In this document: positions 48,211-60,730 of the stretch, piece by piece | How the letters are laid out: each line of letters opens with the position of its first letter | Position numbering within the stretch: the stretch's first letter is position 1 | Assembly (NCBI GenBank): GCA_016618085.1 | Contig: JABLTG010000030.1 | Coordinates: 62,001-126,000, forward strand | From: Neovahlkampfia damariscottae | Lineage: Eukaryota | Reading direction: 5' to 3' | DNA length: 64,000 nt | Program-made: the position numbers and the translations under genes | Notes under the pieces: generated by a model | What the model was told of the DNA's origin: nothing | The model's input: the letters and a program-made list of their open reading frames with translations, nothing else | The model's database searches: none

Positions 48211-49679
48211 TTAAAGACCTTTTAATTCATTTAAAGATTTTGATAAATTTTCATTTGAATTTGAAATATTTAAAAGATAAATTTCAGGTTTTGAAGTTGA
48301 AAGTAAAACTTCGAATTTTTCAACTTGTTCTTTTGATGGAATTGAACCAAAATTTGAAGTTTTCAAAGTAAATGAATCACCAAAATGTTTAAGAGCTTCT
48401 TTTTCTGTTAATTTTGTTAATTTTTTTAATTTTGAATCATTCACACAAAAAACTATTTTTTTTGGATGATTTACTAAATTTGGTTTCATTCCTGAAATTG
48501 GTTTTGTAACTCTAAATAATTTTGAATTTACAACTTCAACAAAATCTTCTTTTTCAACTTTTTCATTTTTTGTTCTTTCTGTAATGATTGATCTCCAACA
48601 TCTTGATAAACCTTCTGTACTCCAAACATTATGATTACCTCCATAAACTGTATTTAAATCTTCTCCAAAGAGTTTTTCTTTTGAATTTTCTTTGTTTAAA
48701 AATAAAACAACTTCTCCTTTTTCTGTTATGAATGAATCACTTTCTAACATTAAACTTGGTGTTTCAGATTTAAAAAGTTGTTTTGAAGCAATTGAAACAA
48801 TAGATTCTAATAAAAGTTTTGTGTCAGAAATTGCACTGATAATTATATTATTGGTCTTTTCATTGGTGAAAATAAATTCTTCAATTTTTAAACCTAAATC
48901 AGCTGGTTTTGGTCCATAAAATTCTTCTGTAATTTCAGGATCTGCAAATTTATAACCTGCTGCGTGTGTAATAGCTCCACTAAATTTAAAGCTTGTTGGT
49001 AATCTTCTCTTTGGCATTTTGAATAATAAATTTCTTAAGAAAAAACTTGAAACTGAATTGTCTGTAATCACACGCACATTACAAGATGATGAAACGGATG
49101 AACCAACATTTGAATCTTGAACAAATGATTCAGGAACAGAACTAACATGATAACCAACCTAAAGAGAATAAATGTTAAATTTCAGTTCTTAGATATTTAC
49201 CTCTTTTAATACTCTTTTAGCAAACACTTCTGAAAAATTTTGTGTTTCTTTTTCGTATTCAATGGTGTTTTCTTCTCCTGATTTTAAAATAAATTTATCA
49301 AATTTTGGAAGTGGAAAAGCATCAACAATTAATGTTTGATTTTTAATATCTTTTTTTCCATATGTATTTTTTAAAATATTTGTGATATTTGCGTTTCCAA
49401 AAGCATCAAATTGTGGGTGAATATGAAAAGGTGCAAGACTCCAATTCAAACTTGGCTCTAAACCAGGTTTAGCTGTTGAATCAAATTCTATTCTTTGTAT
49501 ATAGTCAGTTTCCATCAATTCTTCAAGAGCATCATGTTTCTAAAAAAAAAAGAGTAAAAAAAAAAAAAGAAATTCCAAACAGGTAAACTGTTCAAATGTT
49601 GAACTAAAATTGAATTATGATTTCTTTTTTGTGTATAAATAAAACCATTTTTTAAAATTTTCTTGGAAAATGAAAACAT
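48211..49679 (-). CDS. Mitochondrial PEP carboxykinase (ATP)-like protein, probably non-catalytic, 2 introns
   Basis: Presequence MFSFSKKILKNGF. FVQDSNVGS..NVRVITDNSVSSFFLRNL, HNVWSTEG and HPKKIVF resemble the PEPCK fold, but the GLSGTGKT P-loop is absent. Confidence 0.6.
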
Positions 49680-49775
49680 GCTTCGTTCAAAAAGTGAATA
49701 ATCTGATTGGAAGAAAATTTAACCAATAAAATTTTTTAAACAATTTTTTATTTTTATTTTTTATTTTTTTGAAAA

Positions 49776-50162
49776 TTAGTACAACAATGAAGGATAAATT
49801 ACTCTAACAATAGTAGTCAACAGACATGAGATTATACCAAAAACTACCAGTGAATTTTGATGTAAAAGTATCTCAGAAAAAAATGAAATGAGAAAAATTG
49901 AAAACCACAAAGCAACAACACCAAAAATTGTATAAAATATGCTTAAAATGAAAGTGAAATGAAAAAATAGATAATTCAAAGCCCAAACGATTGAAAATAA
50001 ACATAAAAAAGTTGCTAAATTTTTTTCATATGGAAAAGAATCCTGTTGGTTATAGAGTTGACCAAATTTTTTGATATCAAGCTCATCAGTTTGATTTGAA
50101 TATGGATTAGAGTTTGAATTATCTTTCTTGTTTCTATTTCGTAAAACGTTCAAACTGGCCAT
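49776..50162 (-). CDS. Small hypothetical membrane protein
   Basis: 128-aa ORF with about 3 hydrophobic segments. Confidence 0.6.
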   Translation of the reverse strand: MASLNVLRNRNKKDNSNSNPYSNQTDELDIKKFGQLYNQQDSFPYEKNLATFLCLFSIVWALNYLFFHFTFILSIFYTIFGVVALWFSIFLISFFSEILLHQNSLVVFGIISCLLTTIVRVIYPSLLY

Positions 50163-50320
50163 GAGATTCCAAACCTTTGTATCTCCTAGTTCTAAAATTA
50201 AATAATAAAAATGAGTTTGATTTGTTGTTTATTTCAACCAATGAACTCTCAAATTGATCTGAAGAAAAAATAAAAACTGAAACAACGAATGATTTCTCTC
50301 AGATTCTATTAGATCAAAGA

Positions 50321-51373
50321 ATGGAAGAAAAAGGAACCACATCATCTTTAGAAGATTGGAAAGAAAAAATAATAAACACATACAATACTTACAAACCTGA
50401 TTGGGATACATTAGACCTTGTACTGATAATAACAAGTTGTCTTACAGCCAGTATTCAAAAATTTAATAATAACTCATTTCTTATAGTTTCTGTTTCAACG
50501 CTAACAAGACTTTATCTCTTTGAAAAGTTTTTACAAATTCAAATAACTATGGGTGAATTTGTTTCTTGGTTTTCATCTCTTTTTGCAATTTCGTTCACTT
50601 TAAGTAGATCAGCACAAAAGAATGATTTTTATGTTGGAAAACTTTTTGGAATACTTGGAATGGTGTCTTCTTGTTATTTGTCTTTAAGTTTGCATGACGT
50701 TGGAATTGATGCCGAAAAAGCAACTAAATTAATTGGATCTATAGTTTTTGCACTTACTGCGTCAGTTTAACAAAAGAACTAAACATAATTTAGCATGTAT
50801 TTAAAGTCAAATATTTTAGCAATTTTATCATCATTTTCATTTAATTTACTTTTGTTATCAACAAAATTTCCAGATTTTGTTTGTAAATATCTTGATATTT
50901 CGTACACATCTGGACTGGAAAGACACGCCATTGTTTTTACGTTTAGTTTTGTTATTGGATTACTTGCTGAATACTCAGAAATTCCAGATTTTCAAATATT
51001 TCGTTGGAGTTGTGTTGCTTTAAATGCTTTTAAACTTTTTGTAACATTATTTGTGTTATCAGGTGAACATTACTATGGAAGAATTCAATTTGAAAATTTC
51101 GCGATAGAAATGAAGAATTATCAATATTGGGTATTCAATTCACTTTCTTGTTTTTGTTTCTTAATAACATTAACTGCTGGGAATATTAAAAAGAGAATTG
51201 ATTTTCTTCGTCATATGTCCGTAATCTTCTTTGGTTTATATATGATTCAAAAGACAACAGAATTTCCATGGATGGAAGAAAATTATGCATTAGTTATATT
51301 TTTTGCTTCTTCAATAACAATAATGTCAATAATTATTTTTAAAAGAAGAAAATCAATAAAAAAAGAAGAATAA
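50321..51373 (+). CDS. Multi-pass membrane hypothetical protein, 1 intron
   Basis: Two hydrophobic ORFs joined by a GT-AG intron at ~50761-50793. Confidence 0.7.
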
Positions 51374-51465
51374 TTTTTTTGTCCAATCATTTAGTTAAAA
51401 ATTCCACCAATCAAATCATTTTCATAATTGACCAATAATCCACTTCAGTTAGAAATAAGAAAGGG

Positions 51466-54400
51466 ATGTCTGTATCATCAGATGTAACAGGATTAACTGA
51501 TGATGAAATTAAAAGTGTCTCAGTCAATAGATATGAAAAAGAATTTGAAGATGAAGACGAAAAAGGTTCATCAAAAAAAAAACCCTGTTTTAACATTTTT
51601 TTTTTTTTAGAATTTTTCAATGAAGAAATAGACTCCAAATCAACAGGTTCACAAAAAAGTACAGATAATGAAAAACTCATAAAATCATTATTGGATACTC
51701 TTGATGATGAAGATCTTGAGGACACCATTCAAGGAATGGTACCAAGGACTAAATTTATCGATTCAGGAGCTCCTTCAGTAACTGATGAAGATTATGATGA
51801 AGATGAAGAAATTCTGAAAATTATGAGAGAAGCAGAAGAACAAGAAAGCACAGTTGATGTTCAAACTATTATGGACGAAAGTTTACAACAACAAACAAAC
51901 GTAAATTATCATTTCTTTTAACTTTTTTTAAAAAACAGCAAGCTTTAGAAGAACTGGTGGAAAATTCAAAAAAAACTATAAAACATGATGTTGTTGTAAA
52001 TTGTGCTCTCACAAATGACTTATCAAACAAAATTTTAAGTGCAAGAGTAGGTACTCCTTTAATGATGAAAGCAACAAAAAAATATCTTTGTATTGGTACA
52101 GAAAATGGTTTGGTACTTGTTTATAGAAGAAATCAAACTTATAAACGTTTTACTATTTTAGGAACAGTTCACACAGGTAAAAAAAAAAAAAAAAACAATT
52201 AAAAAAAAGACCCAAAAAATCCAAAGAAATTTGTCAGTGTTAAAGGATTAGATGTTAGTCATGGTGATCAAGATTTATTATTGGTTGGTTATTCAAATGG
52301 AGATTTAACAGTTTGGGATATTGAAACATCTACACCTGTCAATCAATATACAGGTATTTCTACAAATTCAATAAGACATTGTGCTATTTTATCAGATAAT
52401 TCAGTTATTGCTTCTGATGAATCAGTTAAGAATTTTTTTTTTTAACCTTATATAAAGTATACAATGCACTCAATTCAAACTGGTTTGTTTTCAAATATTT
52501 CAAGTTCAAAAATACCTAATGATACAGAATTTACCACTGATATTCAATCATTACCAACATCACAAGGTGGAAATGCACTTGATAGTTATAACATTTTTGC
52601 TGTTGCTACAAGAAAATCAGTCACTATTTATTCAAAATTAAGTGAAGTTAAACCTTTAAAAAAGATTGATCTTTCATTTATTTCTGAACAAACTGGAGAT
52701 GATCCTTGTCATCTTGCTTGGAGAAGAATTTTAATTCCAAATGGAGAATATGGAAAAAAACAAAAAGTTAAAACAACTGAAGATCCAAGACTTGCTATTG
52801 GTTTTGGAAAAGTTCTTTGCATTTATAAAGTTGCTAAAGAAAGTGAAATGACCAATAATCTTGAAGTAACACAAGAAAGTTCATTTGATATTGATGAAAA
52901 GATAGCTGGTGTAATTTGGATATCACAAAGAACAGTTTTAGTAATTGATATCAAAAATGAATGTCATATTATTGATGTTTATTCATTCAAAATTGATGAA
53001 CCAATTGTTGAATCAATCAATAAGTTTCCAATTAATTCACATCATTTAATTGGATATCATGGAATTATTGAAGAAGGTGAAGTATTAACAGAAGATACTT
53101 TAAAAGTTAATCATGAATCTGGTACTATTTATTTTGTTGAATATCCATTGGACGGAAATATTTATTCAATTCATACAATAAAAATCTCAACTTGGAAACA
53201 AAGAATTCAAGCATTAGAAAAAGTTGGAAAAATTTCAGAAGCAGTTGAATTCGCAGTTAGTTGTTATCATGGGCAATGTTTTGCAGTTGTTGGATTACCA
53301 TTTTCAAATCGTGCAAGAGAAAAATTAGTTTCAAAAGAGATTGAAAGATTAGTTATGAATTTATTCAAAACAGCACCAAAATTAATTTTCAGTACACCTG
53401 AAGATATCAGTAAATTTGAAGAAATTGGAAGAGAATGCATTAATTATTGCTTAGAAATTCATGAACATAACCCAGAAATCTTTTTGAAACTTTATCAAAA
53501 ATTTCATGAAAAAGGGGAAGAAGATAGATTTTTACAATATTTAGAAGAACCAATTTTAGAAAAAAGATTGAACACTCTATTTGATCCAAATATTTATTTA
53601 AAATTTATTTCACTTTATTCAGATCCAAAAAATCCAAAATTAGACGAATTAGAATCAGTTTTACTAAATTTAGAAATTACAAAAAATTTTGATGATGAAT
53701 GTAAAGATGTTTTGAATGAGTTATGTAAAAAATCATTTTCACATACAAAAACACCAAAAATGATCAAAACTTATTTTTATTTACATAACGCATATGATTC
53801 GTCATTAAAAAATCCAATGAGAGTTTCATTGGACAGAAAATTAAAAAAATCAACAAAACCATTACATGATATTGTTGATATTGAAAATGTTGAAGTTCAA
53901 AAAGCATTTGGATCACCTGAAATTGGTGAAACAGTTTTAAATTATTTATACAAATGGATGAAAGATGGAAGATCATTTTCTGATGTTCTACAAGTATCTC
54001 AAAATGAAGTAGCAGATATAAAAAAAGATTTATTAGAATATATTTTCCCAGTTGGAAAACCATTGGATAATAATTTTTTAATAGCATTATTGGAATTTAG
54101 AAAGAAATTTTTTAAAGTTTTATCTGCTTTATTTTTCACACAATCAGCTACATCACCTTTTAATCATCCAGATTGTTCATTAACTAAAAATGCAATTATT
54201 CAAAAATTGAATATTTTATTTGAAGAAAAAGAGATTTTTGAAAAATATGATGGTGGAAAAGGTATTGTTTGGTATTATGATTTCTTGGCTGAAGCATATG
54301 CAAAAGGTGAAATTTCATTGGTCAAAGAAGGAACACAAGAAATTGATAAAGATATGTTTGAAAAAATATTTCAAAATTTATGTGAAAATGATGATGGAGA

Positions 54401-56635
54401 TTATGATAATTCAATTGAAAAAGCACAAACCAAACAGTCAAGACAAGAAAATTTAATCAAAATTATTGATTCAATTGAAAATGAAGATACACCAATGGAT
54501 TGGAATAAATTTAGAAAATTATCATATGAAAATGAATTTTATAAAGTTGCTGGAAAATTATTTAAAAATTTATCAGGACAAGATATTTCAATTCAAGAAA
54601 AACATAACAAAGTTTTAGAATGTCTTTTAAAAGACGAAAATGTTTTAGAAACAAAAAGAAATTTAGTTTTTGGTTATATTGAAGAAAATAGATCATTAGA
54701 TAAATTACCAAAAATGAAAACAGCAATAATCAATCATTTCGTTAATTTATTAAAATTAGACGCCAATTCAGCTACTAATATAATTCTAACAGTTGAAGGA
54801 TATGATACAGAACATTTAAAAATTAAATCTCAATTAAATTCAATTAAAAATGAAAAAGAAAAGAAAAGAAAGAATTAAAATTAAAATATTTAGAAATTTT
54901 AATAAATTCAGAAGATTTAGAAATGAAACAAGGTATTATTGGTGATCGTCATTTATATTTAAATTATTTGGAATTATTATGTCAAGATGAAAAAAGAAAA
55001 TCTGATGTAATTGATTTTCTTCAAAAACATCAAGAAATATCTGATGTTGATGATATTTTAGAATTAATAAAACCATATAATATTTCAGAAGCAAATTCAT
55101 TTTTACTTGAAAAAAAAGATGAAGTTGGTAAAGCTGTTAATACATTATTAGAAGAAATTCAATTCTTAATTCAAGAATTTATTGATATTTTAACTGACGA
55201 ATCAAAAGAAAGAGATCCTGATAATTTAAAATTTAAAGATTATCCAAAAAAATCAAAAGATTCACATTTTACAGCAATTGAAACAGAAGAAGAAGCTGAT
55301 TCTTATGTTAAAGAAACTGATCCAAAAAAACGTGAAATTTTAATTTCACAAGCAAAAGATTATGAATATGATTTGCCAAAATTTGAAGGAGTTGAAATTG
55401 AAGAACATGAATTAACAAAGAATATTGAAGAACAATTAAAAATTGCATTGAGAATGTGTGAACGTACAACTGTTAGAAAAACAATGGACGAAGAAAAAGT
55501 TAAACGTTTATGGGATCAAATGTTAGATCAATTTTTCAAACCATATCAAATGGCAAAATATGATTATTTAGAAAAAAAAATAGTTATTGTCGCAAAAGAA
55601 GAAGATGAAAATTTAGATAATGATGAATATTTGAGAGATGAAATTGATGATTTAGAACAAGATTTAAAGAAATTAGAAGAAGATTTAGAAAAAATTGAAA
55701 AAATTGATCCAAAAGATTCAAGATGCGCAGATATAAAAAAATTTATGACAATGAAAACTGATGATATTCAAAATTTAAAAGAAGAATTAGCAGAAAATGA
55801 AAAACAAAGAAGAGAAGAAGAAGAAAAAAAAGAAAAAGCGAAACAGATTGATTTACCAAAATTAGCAAATTTATGGATTCAAAGAGTTTATATTCATTTA
55901 GTTATGGTTGTTATTAGAAAAATGATTGTTGTTATTCCTGTACCAACTATTTTAGAAAAATTCATTCAAGATTTACGTCATGATGAATTTGTTCATTTTA
56001 AAAGATTAGTTTTACGTTTACATGGTAGATATAAACATGAAAGAGGTTTAACTGAAACTGCAAATAATATACTTAAAGGTGATAATTATGATTTAGGAAA
56101 AGCATTCAAAAAAAAAAAATCAAAATCTTTAAGACCAAAAAATGATTCATGTCCTGTTTGTTTAGAAAAATTATCAGATGAAAAATCACAAAAAATTAGA
56201 TTATTTGATTGTGGTGATGCATTTCATATTCAATGTGTTGGTGAAGAATCACAAGAATGTCCAAATTGTAGACAAAAAAATTATAAAAGAGTTAGAACTG
56301 GTGGTCCATCAGAAACTGAAAAAATTGATAAAGGAAATGATAAAACTTCAATTGAAATTCAAAAAGTTGATTCTCTTTTAGATAGAAAATCAAACTCAAC
56401 AATGGCTTTATATGAACATTTAGTTGTTGATTCAACAAAAACAACTTTGAAATTTTCAGATGGTTTATTTTTACATCCAAAAAAACAACAAAGAAAATAT
56501 TTTACTTATCAAGTTGGTGGAATGTGGAACAGAATGCAAGATGATAAAAAAATTGTTAATAAGTTCATTAAAGATCCAAAATTATTAGAAAAATTACAAG
56601 CTGGTGAATTGATTGATTCATCTTTAATCCAATAA
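51466..56635 (+). CDS. VPS8: VPS8-like CORVET subunit (WD40 propeller, alpha-solenoid, C-terminal RING); apparent frameshift near 54870
   Basis: LCIGTENGLVLVY, LLVGYSNG, TWKQRIQALEKVGKISEAVEFAVSCYHG, FLQYLEEPIL, YLELLCQ, and RING CPVC..CGDAFHIQC..CPNC. Confidence 0.82.
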
Positions 56636-56642
56636 AAAATGT

Positions 56643-57551
56643 TTATTTTAATTTGCTAATTAATAAACCAATAATTTCTTTTCGACTTTCTGTTGGAATT
56701 GCTGCATGTGAATGATATAAGTTAACATCAATTCTTGTCCATTTCATTTTTCTTAGATTATTTATCATCTCTTCAATCCATTTACCTTTTACACTATTTT
56801 TATCATAATATTTCATTTTTCCTTCTTCAGGAATTCCTTCATCATCTTCATGAATATCAGAAATAATTTCTCCTTCTTTGGTGTTGAATTTTAAATCTTT
56901 CCATGGTATTATACCACTTGATTGATATGGCACTTTCCATTCATCATGAAGCGAGCTACAAATTGTAATTCTATTTTTTGCTTCAGAAAGTGATTTGTAT
57001 TCATTTGAATCCAAACTGTTCATCTTATAAATTATAGGGCTCTTATTATCATCATCTAGGACTAACTGTGAACCTGTTCCATTGAAGAAATACATTTTAG
57101 TACCAAATTCAAGAAATGAACTTGATAAACATGAAACACCTAAAAGAGGTGATGCCATGGATACAAAATTAATAATTTTCATTTTAACAATTCTATCTTC
57201 TATTTTAATATTGATAGTTTTATTATCTTCATTATATAACTTTCCCATCACATAACGACAATATAATCCACCTAATGAACTTCCAATAAATGATATTTGG
57301 TTGAAATCCATTTTTATGTTTTTTTTTACATATTCTACCAGTTCTTCTGATAGTCTATTTCCACCATTATCAATGCCATCACTTGTCAAAGACCAATTTT
57401 TGAAAGGTCCTGTAGTAAACCAAGCTGTTTCAGAATTTACTTTTGAGTTCAAAACTACTACATACTTCAGATTTTTTTCTAAAGAATCGCACAAGTACTC
57501 TAATGATTCTGAATTTCCTTGTAGTCCATGAGTAACAACAAATAAGTGCAT
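56643..57551 (-). CDS. DUF676 putative lipase/serine esterase (alpha/beta hydrolase)
   Basis: MHLFVVTHGLQG, nucleophile elbow ISFIGSSLGGLYCRY, MASPLLG, TGSQLVL, VPYQS. ATG 57551 follows CCAATCA. Confidence 0.85.
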   Translation of the reverse strand: MHLFVVTHGLQGNSESLEYLCDSLEKNLKYVVVLNSKVNSETAWFTTGPFKNWSLTSDGIDNGGNRLSEELVEYVKKNIKMDFNQISFIGSSLGGLYCRYVMGKLYNEDNKTINIKIEDRIVKMKIINFVSMASPLLGVSCLSSSFLEFGTKMYFFNGTGSQLVLDDDNKSPIIYKMNSLDSNEYKSLSEAKNRITICSSLHDEWKVPYQSSGIIPWKDLKFNTKEGEIISDIHEDDEGIPEEGKMKYYDKNSVKGKWIEEMINNLRKMKWTRIDVNLYHSHAAIPTESRKEIIGLLISKLK

Positions 57552-57615
57552 CAAGAAAAGTAAAAAAAGAATTTGATTGGACAGGAGATGGTAATCCAAT
57601 GAATGTAGGTTTTAT

Positions 57616-60574
57616 TTATAATACTTTTAAAGTATTCTCCAAATATTTTGAATGCTCATTTGATTTTTTTGCTTTTTTCATTAAATCATTAGTCAATTCT
57701 TTTAATTTTGGGGTCATAGCTGCATTTGAAATAAATGAATTTACCAAATCAAGACAAGCATTTGAATGTTTTCTAACAGTAGAAACATCTGAGTCTTGTG
57801 AAAGTATTTCCAATTCTTTCAAAATTAGATCCAAAACATTATTTCCAATTTTCAAACAATCTTCGTGAAATGAATCATCTTCCATGTATAAAGTATCATT
57901 TCCACCACATAAATAAGCATATGGTAATTCAGTTTGATAAAAACATGCCAAACAAGATAATGAATTTGTTAAGAGTTTAATTTTTGAATCTGAACCAGGA
58001 GACCATTTATAATTTTGAATAACTGTCAATAGACCTTTAAATAAGTAAAATGGTCCATATTCTGGATTTCCAGGTGCTCCAACTAAACAACTTGTAAATG
58101 AAAGAATGAATTCAACTAAATCACTTTCTGTTTCAATCATTGTATTATTTGGAAGTGTGATAGTTGAAGGAACATCTCTTATTGTTTCAATTGCTGCTTT
58201 CAGAAGAGTATCTGCTTGTGGTAATAAATTATTCATTAATGCTAATTGACCACTTAAAAAGAAGAATTTTAATCTTCTGATAATATCATCAATTGAAGGA
58301 ATAGTAATGTGAATAAAAGCGAAACATGATTTTGTGAAGGTAAAAGTTTGCTTTGAATGTTTTCCATTCATTAAAGTGAAAGTTTGTTGAATCATTGTAA
58401 AAGTTTTCCAAATTAAGATTTCTTTTGGTTGATCGAGATTTGGAAATGCATTTCTACAATCTGTTAAAAACTTCAATTCTTGATCAAATTTAGTTCCAAA
58501 TGGAATCTATTAAAAAATGTTAAAATATGATTGGATAAGTTACATTATTGATGAAAGTACAAATTGAATTTGAAATCTTATTGATTTGAGTTTCATCTGA
58601 TAAATAATTCAATGAGTCATGTAAAGTTTTTGACAAATCAAAAAGTGAGTTCAATACTATTGGTTCAACTACTTCACCAGCAGTAAATTTTTTTCTTCCA
58701 AAAGAGTTCAACATTGCTTGACTAACTTTAACCTTTGTATTTGATTTTAACAAATCAAAAATAAAAAGAAAATGAGGCATATTAAAAACTTTTACAAAGT
58801 CATTGGTATTACTCAAAAGAACCAATAATAAATTTTGTAAACTATTTTCAATTGCACCATAATCTTGAAATCCCTTTAAATGCTTTCTCAAATCACTGAA
58901 TAATATACCAACTTCTCTCATTGTAAAATTCTTTGAAACATAATCCATGAATGTTTCAACAATAGGAATATAATTAATGACATTATCAATTTTTGTAACA
59001 TTTTTCCAAATTTCGTTTAATAATCTCATCTTTTCTGAATCTTTTGGTGGCACTTTATTGAACTTTTCACCTAAAGCTTTATAAAATTTATGTTTTTCAA
59101 CAAAAACATCTTCTGATTCGCGGATTAAAAATACCATTAATCCAGCGTTCTTTGAAACAATTCTTGAATCAAATGAGTTTAAAACATGATATAAAAACAT
59201 TGGTGTTTTTAAATCCTTTTGATATTTTTCAATTAAATTGTTAAATAATTTTTCATTGCCTTCATTGGTTTGACCAATAGCTTCTAAGATCCATTCAATT
59301 GTAGGTGCATATAAATCAATATATTCATTTAAAGTTAAACCATATTTTTCTAATCTAATTTTCCATTCTTCATCTGTTTTCCATTCTTTCAATAAAACAA
59401 AAAAATCTTGCATCATTGTCATTACAAAACTTGGTTCATTTGGTAATAACTCAACAGCTTTTCTAGCTAAATAAAGTCTTGCATACATGGATATCATTGG
59501 TTCACCAATCCCACGAACACTTTTAGTTAATCTTTCAATAATTGATTTAATCTGCTTTTTATCATCAGTCAAGAACAATTGACATGGTAATAAACAGAGT
59601 TCAACGTAAACTATTGGTTAGAATTTATCAATTTTTTTTTTTTACTTCTTGGCATCAATTCACGAATAGAAGCAATTTTATAAAACCAATTTAAACATGT
59701 TTCTCGTGCTGCATCAGTTACTTCTGAAACTTTGAAAGTATTTCCAAGTTTATGTTCAACTTTACCACTTTGTTCATCTTTTATAGTTGATAAATCTTTA
59801 ATTCTTTCAAAAACAAGTGAACCAAAAGTATCTAAAACTTGTGATACTAAAACAAATAAACTTGGATAAAATTGAGGTACATCATTGTTTCCAAGTAATT
59901 TAGTGCACTAGAATAAATTTAGTATGAGTCATTTTTGATTTACTTTGATGACAATTTTCAATGCTTTTACTCTGTTATTTGAATTCCAACAATCAGCACA
60001 TTCAACATTTAAATTTTCTAATTCTTGAATATACTTTTTTTGAGATTTATATTCTTTATCAGTGTCTGTTTTATTTAATTGTTCTAAACGCATCTTTGCA
60101 CGGTCTTCAAGTTTGATAACTAAATAAAAATGAGATAGAAGTTTTTTCAAGTTTTACCTCTTGTATGATCATCAGGACCTTCAACAATACTCTATTTTTA
60201 AAAAATGTTGTTTAAAAAAAAACTCTTTTTTTTCTTACAGAAATAACAGGAATATTTTTATCTGTGGTATATTTTTTTAAATAATCTGATGTTTTTGAGT
60301 TCCAGTTTAAAATGGTTGAGCTTGATTTTTGTTCTTCTTGTTCTTCTGTTTTTTTTGCAGCTTTTCCTAGAAATGAAAAACCATAACTACTTCTTGCTCG
60401 AAGTGGATCATATTCAACTTCTTGTTCTTCACTCAATGGATGTGTTTTCACGTTTCTTTCTGGATTTTTTTGATCATTTTTTTCTTCTGAATAATCACGT
60501 AATTTTGGAGACCTGTGAATTTTTGTTAGTTTTTTTTTGTTGTTTTCAAACCATCCCAATTTTGTTGTAGACAT
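57616..60574 (-). CDS. VPS35L: VPS35L (C16orf62), Retriever complex subunit
   Basis: WNSNNRVKALKIVIK, QFYPSLFVLVSQVLDTFGSLVFERI, ETCLNWFYKIASIRELMPR, RGIGEP..YARLYL, CFAFIHITIPSI, PGNPEYG. Confidence 0.92.
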
Positions 60575-60730
60575 TTTAGAGTGGTCTAATTGTTTATCCA
60601 ATGATTTTCTTCTTTCTTTAAAACTGATAAGAAATAAAAATTACAATATTAAATACAATAAAAGAAATATTAAAATTTTAGAAATTAGATTGAATCTAAT
60701 TGTCCAATCAAATTTACAAGCACCAACTTG

